This document shows, one piece after another, positions 26,614-35,706 of a stretch of DNA of 64,000 nucleotides (position 1 is the stretch's first letter; every line of letters begins with the position of its first letter). The position numbers were made by a program, and so were the translations under genes. The notes beneath the pieces were generated by a model. The model saw nothing but the letters and a program-made list of their open reading frames with translations, had not been told where the DNA came from and did no database searches. The stretch covers positions 277,496-341,495 of the forward strand of contig CAYUCS010000001.1 of the NCBI GenBank assembly GCA_964443495.1. The letters are read 5' to 3'. Source of the DNA: an uncultured Gammaproteobacteria bacterium (GTDB lineage: Bacteria; Patescibacteriota; Patescibacteriia; Patescibacteriales; GWE2-39-37).

Positions 26614-27882
26614 ATGCGTTTGCGTTCGTTAACCATATTTTTGTTATTGATTTGCCAATTGTTTTGGCCATTGGCTGACGCCTTGGCGGTCAGCATCGCT
26701 ACGACTACGGTGACTGTTGAGGCTAGCTGCGGTGATGCCTTTTTGGATTTCGGCGAGGCCTGTGACTTGACCGACTTCGGCGGACAGACTTGCCAGGATC
26801 ATCTTGGCATCGGCGGAGTTCCTTTCGAGCAAGGAGAATTGACTTGCTCGAATAGCCTCGTGCCATTTGATTGCTCCCAAATCTTGACCACTTTTTGCAG
26901 TACTTGCGGCAACGGCGTAAAGGAGGGTTTCGAGCAGTGCGATGGCTCGGATGTCGGCTCGAGCACTTGCCAGACTTTCGGATATAACACCGGCAGCCTT
27001 TCGTGCGCTTCGAATTGCAACCTGGTAATTACTGGCTGCGCCAGCGTCGGCTTGACCGAGCCGGGTAACGCCGGCTCCCAAGGCGGCGGCACGGGCGGAG
27101 GCGGCGGCACGGGCGGAGGCGGTTTTCCGGCCGGCTTCGTGCCTGGTTCGGACACGGCACCGAAGGCCACCAAAGTGGTGGTCAACGGCAAGGCTTACCC
27201 TGGTTCCGACGTCAACATCCTGATCGACGGCAAGACCATCGGCATCGTCAGGGCTGACCCGAAGGCCGATTTCTATTTCGAAAGCGAGACGATCACTCCT
27301 GGAGTCATCGGGCTGGGGTTATGGGCTGAGGACAGCAAGGGCCTGAAGTCGGCCTTGCAGACCCTGACTTTCCGCGTCGCCTCAGGCGCCGTTACGACGG
27401 TTTCTGGCGCGTACCTGTCACCGAGCATCGATATCGACAAGCCGACCGTGGGCCAGGGCGAGATCCTTAAGGTGTTCGGCCAGACCGTGCCGACCAGCGA
27501 TGTTTCGGTCGTCTTCCATTCCGAGACCGAAGTCATCAAGCAGACCCAGAGTTCAAACAAAGGAGAGTGGACCCTGAATTTCAATACCGCCCCGCTGGAG
27601 TCAGAAGCATATCATATCGTCAAAGCCTCGTTCGAACAGAAGGGAGCCAACAATATCATCAAAAGCGGATTTTCCAAGGCGGTCAGCTTCTATGTCGGCA
27701 AAGGTGGCTTCGCCCAACCTTGCCCCAAGGCTGACTTGAACAAGGACAAGAAGACCAATCTCGTCGATTTTTCCATCCTTCTCTATTATTGGGGCACCGA
27801 CAACACCTGTGCCGACCAGAACCGCAACAAGAAAGTCGACCTGATCGATTTCAGCATCATGCTTTATAATTGGACAGGGTAG
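26614..27882 (+). CDS. Secreted protein: two Cys-rich repeats, Gly-rich linker, Ig-like region, tandem dockerin-type repeats
   Basis: I prefer the ATG at 26614 (MRLRSLTIFLLLICQ... signal peptide) over the TTG at 26602. Cys-rich repeats: CGDAFLDFGEACD... and CGNGVKEGFEQCDGSD.... C-terminus: DLNKDKKTNLVDFSILLYYWG...DQNRNKKVDLIDFSIMLYNWTG. Confidence 0.8.
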   Translation: MRLRSLTIFLLLICQLFWPLADALAVSIATTTVTVEASCGDAFLDFGEACDLTDFGGQTCQDHLGIGGVPFEQGELTCSNSLVPFDCSQILTTFCSTCGNGVKEGFEQCDGSDVGSSTCQTFGYNTGSLSCASNCNLVITGCASVGLTEPGNAGSQGGGTGGGGGTGGGGFPAGFVPGSDTAPKATKVVVNGKAYPGSDVNILIDGKTIGIVRADPKADFYFESETITPGVIGLGLWAEDSKGLKSALQTLTFRVASGAVTTVSGAYLSPSIDIDKPTVGQGEILKVFGQTVPTSDVSVVFHSETEVIKQTQSSNKGEWTLNFNTAPLESEAYHIVKASFEQKGANNIIKSGFSKAVSFYVGKGGFAQPCPKADLNKDKKTNLVDFSILLYYWGTDNTCADQNRNKKVDLIDFSIMLYNWTG

Positions 27883-27946
27883 GGAAATTAATTTTCAATT
27901 TCTAATTTTTAACCCGCCTGCCGGCAGGCAGGTTTTCAAAGATAAA

Positions 27947-28972
27947 ATGAAAAATCTTATCAAAATATTCATTTTTGCAAGCTTATTAGCCGCTCCCGCC
28001 TTGGCTGCTCGTGCGGCAACCATATATTTGACGCCGTCTAGCGGCAGCTACGGATTCGGCGACGTCTTCGCTGTCGATATCAAGGTCGATCTGGATGGCG
28101 GCGACGAGTGCATCAATACGATCCAGGGCGTGGTCGGCTTCGACAAGGACTATCTTGAGATGGTCGATTTCAGCGGCGGCGAGTCGATCTTGTCTTTATG
28201 GATCGACCTGCCAAAGACCGGCGACATGCAGAACATTAATCATGAAAAAGTGGTCAGATTTACCGGAGGCATCCCTGGCGGCTATTGCGGCAAGATACCG
28301 GGCGACCCGGGAGAAAGCAACATTGTCGGCAAGATGATCTTCAAAGTGAATAATTTCAAGGCTGATGCCGTGCCGAAGCCTGTGGCAAGGATCGATTTCC
28401 TGGACGGCACCCAAGTCCTCTTGAATGACGGGCTTGGCACCGAGGCTAAGATGGCCCTGAAGGGCGCTGAGCTCACCATTACCGAGCAGCAGCCTGAGCA
28501 GAGGAAAGAATGGGATGCGCTCAAGAACGATGACGTCGTTGCGCCGGAGCCTTTCGTAATCGAGATCCAGCGCAGCCAGTCGATGTATAACGGCAAGAAC
28601 TATCTCATTTTCAATACCACGGACAAGCAGTCTGGTATCGACCACTACGAGGTGCTTGAAACCAGATTCGACGATAGTGCCAGCGAACCTTCCTGGTTTG
28701 ACTGGTTCAAGGTCAAGCCGGCCGCTACTGAATGGAAGCTGGCAAGCACTCCGTATGTCCTCGAAGACCAGACTTTATCAAGCAATATCAAGGTCAAAGC
28801 CGTCGATAAGGCAGGCAATGAGCGCATCGAGGAGTATTTCATCAAAGGACCGGTTCAGACGCCAAAGTCGCCTATGAGATTCGTGCCTTTTGTGATATTA
28901 TTTATCATAGTCATGGCTGCAGCCGGGTTCGCTTATCGCAAGATGAAATCCAGGCGCCGGCCAACCATGTAA
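27947..28972 (+). CDS. Membrane-anchored protein with an N-terminal cohesin-like domain
   Basis: Signal peptide ...ALAARAA, then TIYLTPSSGSYGFGDVFAVDIKVDLDGGDECINTIQGVVGFDKDYLEMV.... C-terminal TM FVPFVILFIIVMAAAGFAY plus a basic tail. Confidence 0.65.
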   Translation: MKNLIKIFIFASLLAAPALAARAATIYLTPSSGSYGFGDVFAVDIKVDLDGGDECINTIQGVVGFDKDYLEMVDFSGGESILSLWIDLPKTGDMQNINHEKVVRFTGGIPGGYCGKIPGDPGESNIVGKMIFKVNNFKADAVPKPVARIDFLDGTQVLLNDGLGTEAKMALKGAELTITEQQPEQRKEWDALKNDDVVAPEPFVIEIQRSQSMYNGKNYLIFNTTDKQSGIDHYEVLETRFDDSASEPSWFDWFKVKPAATEWKLASTPYVLEDQTLSSNIKVKAVDKAGNERIEEYFIKGPVQTPKSPMRFVPFVILFIIVMAAAGFAYRKMKSRRRPTM

Positions 28973-28990
28973 AGCAATTAAATCAAGGAG

Positions 28991-30784
28991 ATGAAAATCA
29001 ATAAGAAGAACCCCTTAATCGTTTTGTCAGCGCTTTTCGCGCTGGTGGCTGCGAATTTCAGCTTGGTCTCGCCCGCGTTAGCGGCGGGAGCCTCGCTCTA
29101 TGTCGCCCCGGCTACGGGCACTTACGTCATCGGCGACAAGATCACGATCACAATCAAGGCCTATACTGGCGGCAACGCCATTAATGCCGCTGAAGGCGTC
29201 TTGAATTTCGACAAGAGCTTTCTGGAAGTCGTCGGCACTTCAAAGAGCGGTTCTATCTTCACTATGTGGCCGGCTGAGCCGAGCTATTCCAATGGCGCCG
29301 GCACGGTCAGCTTCGGCGGCGGTTTGACGCCTCCGGGCTTTTCCGGCCAGTCGGGCAAGATTATCTCCGTTACTTTCAAGGCTAAGGCGGTCGGCACTAC
29401 CCAGGTCAGATTCTCTTCCGGGGCTATCTTGGCCAATGACGGCAAGGGAACGAATGTCCTTGAGACCATGGGCAGCGCCTCTTTGAATATTTCCGCCAAA
29501 GAAGGCGTGGTGTCGGAGTCAGCCCTCAAGGAAACGGCTGATGGCACTAAGCCATTGGTCATCAAGGATGACAAGGCGGCGGTCGTGACTGACGAATACA
29601 ACAAGCCTAATATCGTTTCGGCGAGCCACCCCGATCAGAATACGTGGTATGCCAAGAATAACGTCGAATTCGCCTGGGAAGTTCCAAGCGGCGTGACCGG
29701 AGTCAGTTATGATTTCAATAAGGAATTGAACTTCGATCCCAAATCGGAATCGGCCGGATTGGTTTCTTCCAAGTCTTATGACAATGTCGATAATGGGATA
29801 TGGTATCTCCATGTCAAATTATTTGACGGCAAGAAATGGGGCACGACGGATCATTACCGAGTGATGATCGATAATGTCAGGCCGAAGCCTTTTACCATCA
29901 AAGTCGAACAGACCGATGCGGGCAACTGGCCGCGGCTGCTTTTCAAGACCAAGGATGATATCTCTGGCGTCCAGTCGTATGAAGTCTATGTCAACAGCTT
30001 GGAAGAGAACAAATACAGCATCGCCGAGGATGAATCGCAAGAGAGCCTGAGCGTCGAGTTAGCCCAGCTGGGTTACGGCGACCATACGGCTTTGATCAAA
30101 GTCTTGGACAAGGCCGGCAACGAGACCGACCAGACGATCGAATTCGTCATCCAGCCGATCGAGACCCCTGTTATCAAGAACATCTCCAAGGAAATCAAGC
30201 CGTCAGAGCAGTTTTTCGCCAACGGCACGGCCCTGCCGAACAGCTTGGTGAACATTTACATTCAGGACGAGGCCGGCAAGATCGCGGCCAAAGTCGTGCA
30301 TAGCGACAAGAACGGCAACTGGTTCTATCTTAGCGATGCCGGCCTGCGCAATGGCCGCTACTTCGCTTGGGCCGAAGGCGAAAATGAGAACGGCCTGAAG
30401 AGCGTGCCGACGCAGAAAATCAGCTTCTTGGTGACGCCGCCGGTATTCGCCACCTTCGGATCGTTCGTCATCAACTATTTTACGGTCATTACCAGCCTGC
30501 TGTTCATGATCATCCTGATCGTCGCTTTGGTCATGCTCTTGAGCGGCAAGTTGCGCAAGAAATTGAAAAAGGAGACCGTCGAGGTAGAGGACGTGCTGCA
30601 CCAGAATATGGCCGGATTGAAACAGATGGTCGACGATGAAGTTTCCAAAATCGACCAGTATAAGCGCATTACCGAGGTCAGGAAAGAAAGCACTAAGATG
30701 AAACAGTCCTTGCGCGATTCGATCGATACGACCGAGCGGAATATCTTGAAAGAAATCAAGGACGTCGAAGATATCCTTAAGTAA
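28991..30784 (+). CDS. Membrane-anchored cohesin-like surface protein with a coiled-coil cytoplasmic tail (paralog of 2386-4218)
   Basis: GASLYVAPATGTYVIGDKITITIKAYTGGNAINAAEGVLNFDKSFLEVV...GKIISVTFKAKAVGTTQVRF. The same downstream Ig-like segments are present. TM: VITSLLFMIILIVALVMLL. The tail is charged. Confidence 0.7.
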   Translation: MKINKKNPLIVLSALFALVAANFSLVSPALAAGASLYVAPATGTYVIGDKITITIKAYTGGNAINAAEGVLNFDKSFLEVVGTSKSGSIFTMWPAEPSYSNGAGTVSFGGGLTPPGFSGQSGKIISVTFKAKAVGTTQVRFSSGAILANDGKGTNVLETMGSASLNISAKEGVVSESALKETADGTKPLVIKDDKAAVVTDEYNKPNIVSASHPDQNTWYAKNNVEFAWEVPSGVTGVSYDFNKELNFDPKSESAGLVSSKSYDNVDNGIWYLHVKLFDGKKWGTTDHYRVMIDNVRPKPFTIKVEQTDAGNWPRLLFKTKDDISGVQSYEVYVNSLEENKYSIAEDESQESLSVELAQLGYGDHTALIKVLDKAGNETDQTIEFVIQPIETPVIKNISKEIKPSEQFFANGTALPNSLVNIYIQDEAGKIAAKVVHSDKNGNWFYLSDAGLRNGRYFAWAEGENENGLKSVPTQKISFLVTPPVFATFGSFVINYFTVITSLLFMIILIVALVMLLSGKLRKKLKKETVEVEDVLHQNMAGLKQMVDDEVSKIDQYKRITEVRKESTKMKQSLRDSIDTTERNILKEIKDVEDILK

Positions 30785-30800
30785 AAGAAAGGCGATTCAC

Positions 30801-30835
30801 GCACCTCCGCGGCCATCCGCGGGGGTGCTTTGTTT
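30801..30835 (+). terminator. Rho-independent terminator closing the surface locus
   Basis: gcacctccgcgg-ccat-ccgcgggggtgc gives a 12-bp stem with one G-U pair, followed by TTTGTTT. Confidence 0.85.
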
Positions 30836-30962
30836 AGGTGATAGCATTGACAGCCAGGCGTTAAAGTGATATTTTTAAACTTTGTGCCGTACTTTCAAAC
30901 AAGGAAACGGGCTTTGCGCGATAGCGCAAGATGCAGTACCAATACTCTGGAGGAGGTCTTTA

Positions 30963-31676
30963 ATGAGGAGTGGAAAAAAGAAGAAGGCAGCATTCGTGGC
31001 GGTTGAAACGATTTATGGCGGCGGCGGCTTCGCAGTGGAGCTGATCAAAGAGATCTGCGCCGAATCATCAGTCCGCGGCCGTGAGATAAGCCAGCATATC
31101 AGTCCTGACCTGGCCCGAGCCGTACTTGGCGGAGCTTCGCATCTGGCAACGGCCAAGAAGCTGGAGCGTTTTTCGCGTGACAACTATCTGTTCGATTTGT
31201 CGGTGCGCGCCGCGGTTTGTGCCTTGATCCGGCAAGAGCAGGATGAGGGCAAGCTTAGCGTCTGTAAGAACTTTACTACTGCCAATATCGTCAATGCTCG
31301 GATGTTCGGCCTAGAATGGCGTGGCGAGATCAAGGGTATCGAAAAGTTTTCACGAACCGTCTGGCTCGACCACTACAAGAAGGTAGAGATTGTTCCCGAT
31401 ATCGTAGTTTTTCTGGACATGGGGGCGCCTGCGGCAAGATTGCAGATCGAGCGGCTGCTTGACCCGTCCAGTAATGATTCGCTGCTGAAGCAAGTCGATG
31501 GCGCGACCGGAGAGCAGATCGTCGATTTCTTCAGTCGGATCGACCTCAGTCTCCAACGTCGTCTTTTTCTTGAAGAGGTGTCGAAGGTGCCGAATTATAT
31601 CGTTCTAGATGCGGAGCTGTCTCCCGTCTATAATGCCAAACTCGTTCTCGACCGCGTCGAGGCCCTTTTCCGCTAG
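30963..31676 (+). CDS. Hypothetical protein with a thymidylate/deoxynucleoside-kinase-like layout but a degenerate P-loop
   Basis: I prefer the ATG at 30963, which is preceded by GGAGGAGG. FVAVETIYGGGGFA occupies the place of the Tmk-type (F/I)xxxEGxDGxGK(S/T)T. VPDIVVFLDMGAPAARLQIERL resembles the Tmk PDLxxxLDxxxExxxxR segment. Confidence 0.4.
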   Translation: MRSGKKKKAAFVAVETIYGGGGFAVELIKEICAESSVRGREISQHISPDLARAVLGGASHLATAKKLERFSRDNYLFDLSVRAAVCALIRQEQDEGKLSVCKNFTTANIVNARMFGLEWRGEIKGIEKFSRTVWLDHYKKVEIVPDIVVFLDMGAPAARLQIERLLDPSSNDSLLKQVDGATGEQIVDFFSRIDLSLQRRLFLEEVSKVPNYIVLDAELSPVYNAKLVLDRVEALFR

Positions 31677-31687
31677 TTCTTTCGAGC

Positions 31688-31718
31688 AGGCCGCCCCACC
31701 ATCAGGGGCGGCCTTTTT
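31688..31718 (+). terminator. Rho-independent terminator
   Basis: aggccgcccc-accatca-ggggcggcct gives a 10-bp stem, followed by TTTTT. Confidence 0.85.
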
Positions 31719-31842
31719 CATGGTCAAAAACGCGGTTAAGGCCGTGGAGGCCGTCGCTTTGTATCGAGTTTGATTTTATCCGGTGGTAGGAGTACAATAT
31801 AATTAGGTATATTATTTTAATATTAGCGATTATTGTGTGAAA

Positions 31843-33021
31843 ATGACCGAGAAGAAAAGATTGAATATCGCCATAATCTGCGACCCTATCGGTGACTACA
31901 AGGCTGGGGTCCTGGTTTCAGCATTACGGTTCAGTAAATTGCTCAGCTCCAGGGGGCATAAGGTTGTGTTTATCGGCTCCAAATCCCCGGAACATCCTGA
32001 CAGCGGGCCATATCAAGGCATGATGGCTTATCGTTTCCGCAGTTTGCCGTTGCCAAAATCTGGGGGCTGGCGGCTAGCCTTCCCGACCATCAATGAAATC
32101 AAGGAAGTGCTGCGCAAGGAAGGGATCGACGTGGTGCATATTTTCCTGCCTATGTCCGGAGCGCTGGTCGCGGTTAAGGCGGCCAGGTCGCTCAAGATAA
32201 AGATCGTTGCTCACTCTCATTCGCAGCCGGAAAATCTGTTTACCGACGCTCCGAAATTCGCCCAGCCCCTCCTGGCTAATCTGTGGAACCGCTACTTGGC
32301 TTGGATTTACGGCAAGGCTGAAATCGTCATATATCCTTCCGAATTGGCCAGGGAATTGCTCCATAATCTCTGCCGCAAAGACAAGCCATCGGTCGTGATC
32401 AGTAACGGCATCGATACTGAAGAGTATAAGCCTCAGCCCATCGGAGATTTCCTTGAGCGCTTCAAACTATCAAAGGGCTCGGTCAAGTTGTTGTTCGTCG
32501 GCCGCCTTTATCCTGAGAAGTCGGTCGGCACCTTGATTGAGGCAGTGCCATATATCATTAAGGAGCACAGCGATGTCCAAGTACTGATCGTCGGCGGCGG
32601 CCATCAGCGTCCTAAGCTGGAAAATCTGGCCGAGAGCCTAAGGCTTGGCGACAAGGTGCGATTTCTCGGCATGGTGAGCGACGAGGATAAGATCGCGGCC
32701 TATAACGCTTGCGACATCTTCGTTCTGCCGTCATTGGCTGAACTTGAAGGGATGGTGGTGCTGGAAGCAATGGCCTGCGCCAAGCCGGTTCTCATTTCCG
32801 ACGCCAAGATGAGCGCTTCGCGCTTTTTTGTCGATGGCAACGGCTTCTTGTTTGTCACTGGCGATCCGCAAGACTTGGCGCGGCAAGCGCTCAAGCTGAT
32901 TTCTAACGAGAGTTTGCGGCGCGATATGGGCGAGCGGAGCCTGGCGATGAGCCAGGATTACGATATCCAGGAGAGCGCCAACAAGATGGAGCAAGTTTAT
33001 TATTCAGCGCTAAGCTTATGA
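31843..33021 (+). CDS. Glycosyltransferase family 4 (GT-B fold)
   Basis: LLFVGRLYPEKSV...IVGGG...LPSLAELEGMVVLEAMACAKPVLISD carries the E-x7-E type GT4 C-terminal signature. A GTG at 31837 is an alternative start. Confidence 0.85.
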   Translation: MTEKKRLNIAIICDPIGDYKAGVLVSALRFSKLLSSRGHKVVFIGSKSPEHPDSGPYQGMMAYRFRSLPLPKSGGWRLAFPTINEIKEVLRKEGIDVVHIFLPMSGALVAVKAARSLKIKIVAHSHSQPENLFTDAPKFAQPLLANLWNRYLAWIYGKAEIVIYPSELARELLHNLCRKDKPSVVISNGIDTEEYKPQPIGDFLERFKLSKGSVKLLFVGRLYPEKSVGTLIEAVPYIIKEHSDVQVLIVGGGHQRPKLENLAESLRLGDKVRFLGMVSDEDKIAAYNACDIFVLPSLAELEGMVVLEAMACAKPVLISDAKMSASRFFVDGNGFLFVTGDPQDLARQALKLISNESLRRDMGERSLAMSQDYDIQESANKMEQVYYSALSL

Positions 33022-33815
33022 AAGAGTTTTTTTTAGAAAGCAGAGGCATCTATTACCGGACTAACCAGCTTGAGGCGGGACGCAAGACGCTGGTCTTCGT
33101 TCATGGCTTGTCCGGCAGCTCTTCAGCGTGGGTCAGGTACGAGAACTTGTTCGAGAAGAGCTGCAATGTCGTAACCTTCGATCTGCGGGGCCACGGCAAG
33201 TCAGCCAAGCCGAAACGTTATGACGACTACGCCATGACGAATTTCGCCGATGACCTGGACGCCTTAGTCGCGCATCTCGGACTCAAAGGCTTTATCCTGA
33301 TCAGCCACTCGTTCGGCACCTTGATCGCCTTGGAATATTTGAGCAGGCATCAGGATGCGGTTGAAAAAATCGTTTTTCTGAGCCCGGATTTCGCCGTCAA
33401 GAAGCGGCTAGTGTCTCAGCTGATTCGTCCGCTGCTTCTCGTGACCGGTATTTTCAGGCTGCTGCCATTCAAGGCGGCGCCTGGCAAGCATGTCGATTAC
33501 GGCAAGTATCCCGGGTCGGGCGACTGGAACATTCCGCGGATGATCGCCGATGTCAGCAATACGACCTTGCGCGTCTATCTTTATTGCACTCGGCAGACTT
33601 ACGTGCCGGATTGGGAGGATTTTTTGCCGGAAATATCCAAGCCGACATTGATCATGCACGGCGCCAAGGACTCGATTTTCCCAGTAAGGAATTCTTTGAT
33701 AATGGACAAGAAAATAAAAGACACCAAGCTGATCATACTGCCTGAGTCGGATCATATCCTGGTGCTCAATGATTTTGACGAGGTTGCGCGGGCAATCAAG
33801 GATTTTGCCGGCTGA
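33018..33815 (+). CDS. Alpha/beta-fold hydrolase
   Basis: ATGA overlap with the GT4 stop codon. LVFVHGLSGSSSAW, nucleophile elbow ISHSFG, C-terminal ...SDHILVLND. Confidence 0.8.
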   Translation: MKEFFLESRGIYYRTNQLEAGRKTLVFVHGLSGSSSAWVRYENLFEKSCNVVTFDLRGHGKSAKPKRYDDYAMTNFADDLDALVAHLGLKGFILISHSFGTLIALEYLSRHQDAVEKIVFLSPDFAVKKRLVSQLIRPLLLVTGIFRLLPFKAAPGKHVDYGKYPGSGDWNIPRMIADVSNTTLRVYLYCTRQTYVPDWEDFLPEISKPTLIMHGAKDSIFPVRNSLIMDKKIKDTKLIILPESDHILVLNDFDEVARAIKDFAG

Positions 33816-33819
33816 TGCT

Positions 33820-34413
33820 TCAAAGCTTCTCTTCGTATCTTTTGGCAGCGCGGACAAGCAGCCGGTAGCCGATGAAGATAAGGATGGCGATGCCGGAAGC
33901 GGCAAAGCCGAACCAGTCAAGGTAGCGGCTGATGCTCATATAAGCCTGCCCGAAGAAGTAGCCGATAAGCATAAGAATCAGTGCGATCGGAAAGGCGCCG
34001 AGGGAGCTATAGGCGATGAATTGCCTGAAGCTGACACCGCTGGCGCCGGCAGCCACCAGGAAGACAGGGCCGATGCCATGGGTAATCTTAGAGAGCAGGA
34101 TGGTCTTGCCGCTGTGCTTGCGGTAATGGCTTTCCATCGATGCGATCTTTTCAGTGGAAAAACCGAAAAAATGACCCCAGCGGTCAAGGAAGCGTCGACC
34201 TCCGAAACGCCCGAGCGCGTAGTAGAGGCAGTCGCCAGTGACATCGCCGGCGGCCATTATGAAATAGACGATATAGATATTGACGATATGGTTGGCGCCC
34301 AGGAAACCGGCCACTACCGTGATGATCGGCCCTTCGATGACGGCAACGGGAAACAGCAACGCATACAGCGTCGAAGCGGGCAGCGTGATGAGTTTGGCTA
34401 GGGGTGGTATCAT
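33820..34413 (-). CDS. DedA family (SNARE-associated) membrane protein
   Basis: FPVAVIEGPIITVVAGFL...GDVTGDCLYYALGRFGGRRFLDRWG, with multiple TM helices. Confidence 0.8.
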   Translation of the reverse strand: MIPPLAKLITLPASTLYALLFPVAVIEGPIITVVAGFLGANHIVNIYIVYFIMAAGDVTGDCLYYALGRFGGRRFLDRWGHFFGFSTEKIASMESHYRKHSGKTILLSKITHGIGPVFLVAAGASGVSFRQFIAYSSLGAFPIALILMLIGYFFGQAYMSISRYLDWFGFAASGIAILIFIGYRLLVRAAKRYEEKL

Positions 34414-34459
34414 GACTTAATTATATCAAGAAAATAGTAATTTACACAGGAATAAAAAG

Positions 34460-35701
34460 ATGAAATACGATGTAGCGATTATCGGTGGCGGGCCGGCCGG
34501 CTTGATGGCCGCCGGAAGAGCGGGCGAATTGGGAGCGCGCGTGGTTTTGATCGAGAAGAACAGCCGTGCCGGCATCAAGCTGCTGGCAAGCGGCGGCGCT
34601 CGTTGCAATATCACAAATACCACGGACGAACCACGGGGCATGGCTGCCAAATACGGCAAGAACGGCAAATTCCTGCTTTCAGCCCTGCATCGTTTCAGTC
34701 CCGAGTCGGTAATGGATTTTTTCGAGCGTCGAGGAGTCAAGCTGAAGACCGAACGGGCAGGCAGGGTGTTTCCTGTGAGTGACCGCTCGCAGGACGTGCT
34801 TGACGCCTTGTGGAAGCATGCCAGGCACCCCAACATCGAATTCAAAGCCGGTGTTCCGGTCCGCGATCTGGTTATCGACGGTCGCAGGATAATGAAGGCG
34901 ATTCTGGCCAATGGCCAGGCGATCGAAGCGGACCGGTTCGTTATCGCCACCGGTGGCAAGTCATATCCGGCCACCGGCTCATCAGGCGATGCTTGGCAAT
35001 GGCTCGAGTCTGTCGGCCACAGCATCGTCGCGCCGTTACCAGGCTTGGCCCCGTTGGTGCTCAACAGCCCGTTGATTTCCGAGCTTTCAGGCTTGAGCCT
35101 TCATGACGTTTCCATTAGCGCCTTTACTGGAAAGAAGCGCATCGACTCGAGGTTCGGCGACGCCATATTCACCGCGAACGGCATGAGCGGTCCGGCTATC
35201 CACGATCTGAGCAAGGCAGTCAGCCAGGCCTTGCCGGGCGAAGTCGAGATTTCCATCGATTTTTTTCCAGCTTTGGAACAGTTCAGATTCGATCATCGGT
35301 TGCAAAGCGATTTCCAGGCGAACAACAACAAGCAGTTCCGCAACGGCCTTTCGACTTTGCTGGCGCCGAAGATCGCTCCGGTCATCATCAGTCTTTCGGG
35401 CATCGATCCGGAAAAGAGGGTCAATCAGATTACCAAGGAAGAGCGCTTGCGGCTGGTCTGCCTGCTGAAGGACTTCCGTTTCAAGGTCAGGAGCGTCGGC
35501 GGCTTCGACAAGGCCATCGTCACCGTCGGCGGAGTCGCCCTGTCCGAGGTCGTGCCCAAGACGATGCGGTCGCTGGTCGTAGATAACTTATATCTCGCTG
35601 GCGAGGTCCTGGATCTCGATGGCCCGACGGGCGGTTATAATCTGCAGATCTGCTGGAGCACCGGTTACGTTGCCGGCGAAAGCGCTGCCCTGGCGCATTG
35701 A
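34460..35701 (+). CDS. NAD(P)/FAD-dependent oxidoreductase, HI0933/BaiN-like flavoprotein family
   Basis: MKYDVAIIGGGPAGLMAA...KLLASGGARCNITN...TGGKSYPATGSSGD...GEVLDLDGPTGGYNLQICWSTG. Confidence 0.8.
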   Translation: MKYDVAIIGGGPAGLMAAGRAGELGARVVLIEKNSRAGIKLLASGGARCNITNTTDEPRGMAAKYGKNGKFLLSALHRFSPESVMDFFERRGVKLKTERAGRVFPVSDRSQDVLDALWKHARHPNIEFKAGVPVRDLVIDGRRIMKAILANGQAIEADRFVIATGGKSYPATGSSGDAWQWLESVGHSIVAPLPGLAPLVLNSPLISELSGLSLHDVSISAFTGKKRIDSRFGDAIFTANGMSGPAIHDLSKAVSQALPGEVEISIDFFPALEQFRFDHRLQSDFQANNNKQFRNGLSTLLAPKIAPVIISLSGIDPEKRVNQITKEERLRLVCLLKDFRFKVRSVGGFDKAIVTVGGVALSEVVPKTMRSLVVDNLYLAGEVLDLDGPTGGYNLQICWSTGYVAGESAALAH

Positions 35702-35706
35702 ATATT

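Noticed and set aside
33769-34401. 210-aa plus-strand ORF, together with the 238-aa ORF at 41105-41821
   Set aside because: These are antisense to the well-supported DedA and gdhA genes respectively. Neither has a recognisable motif.
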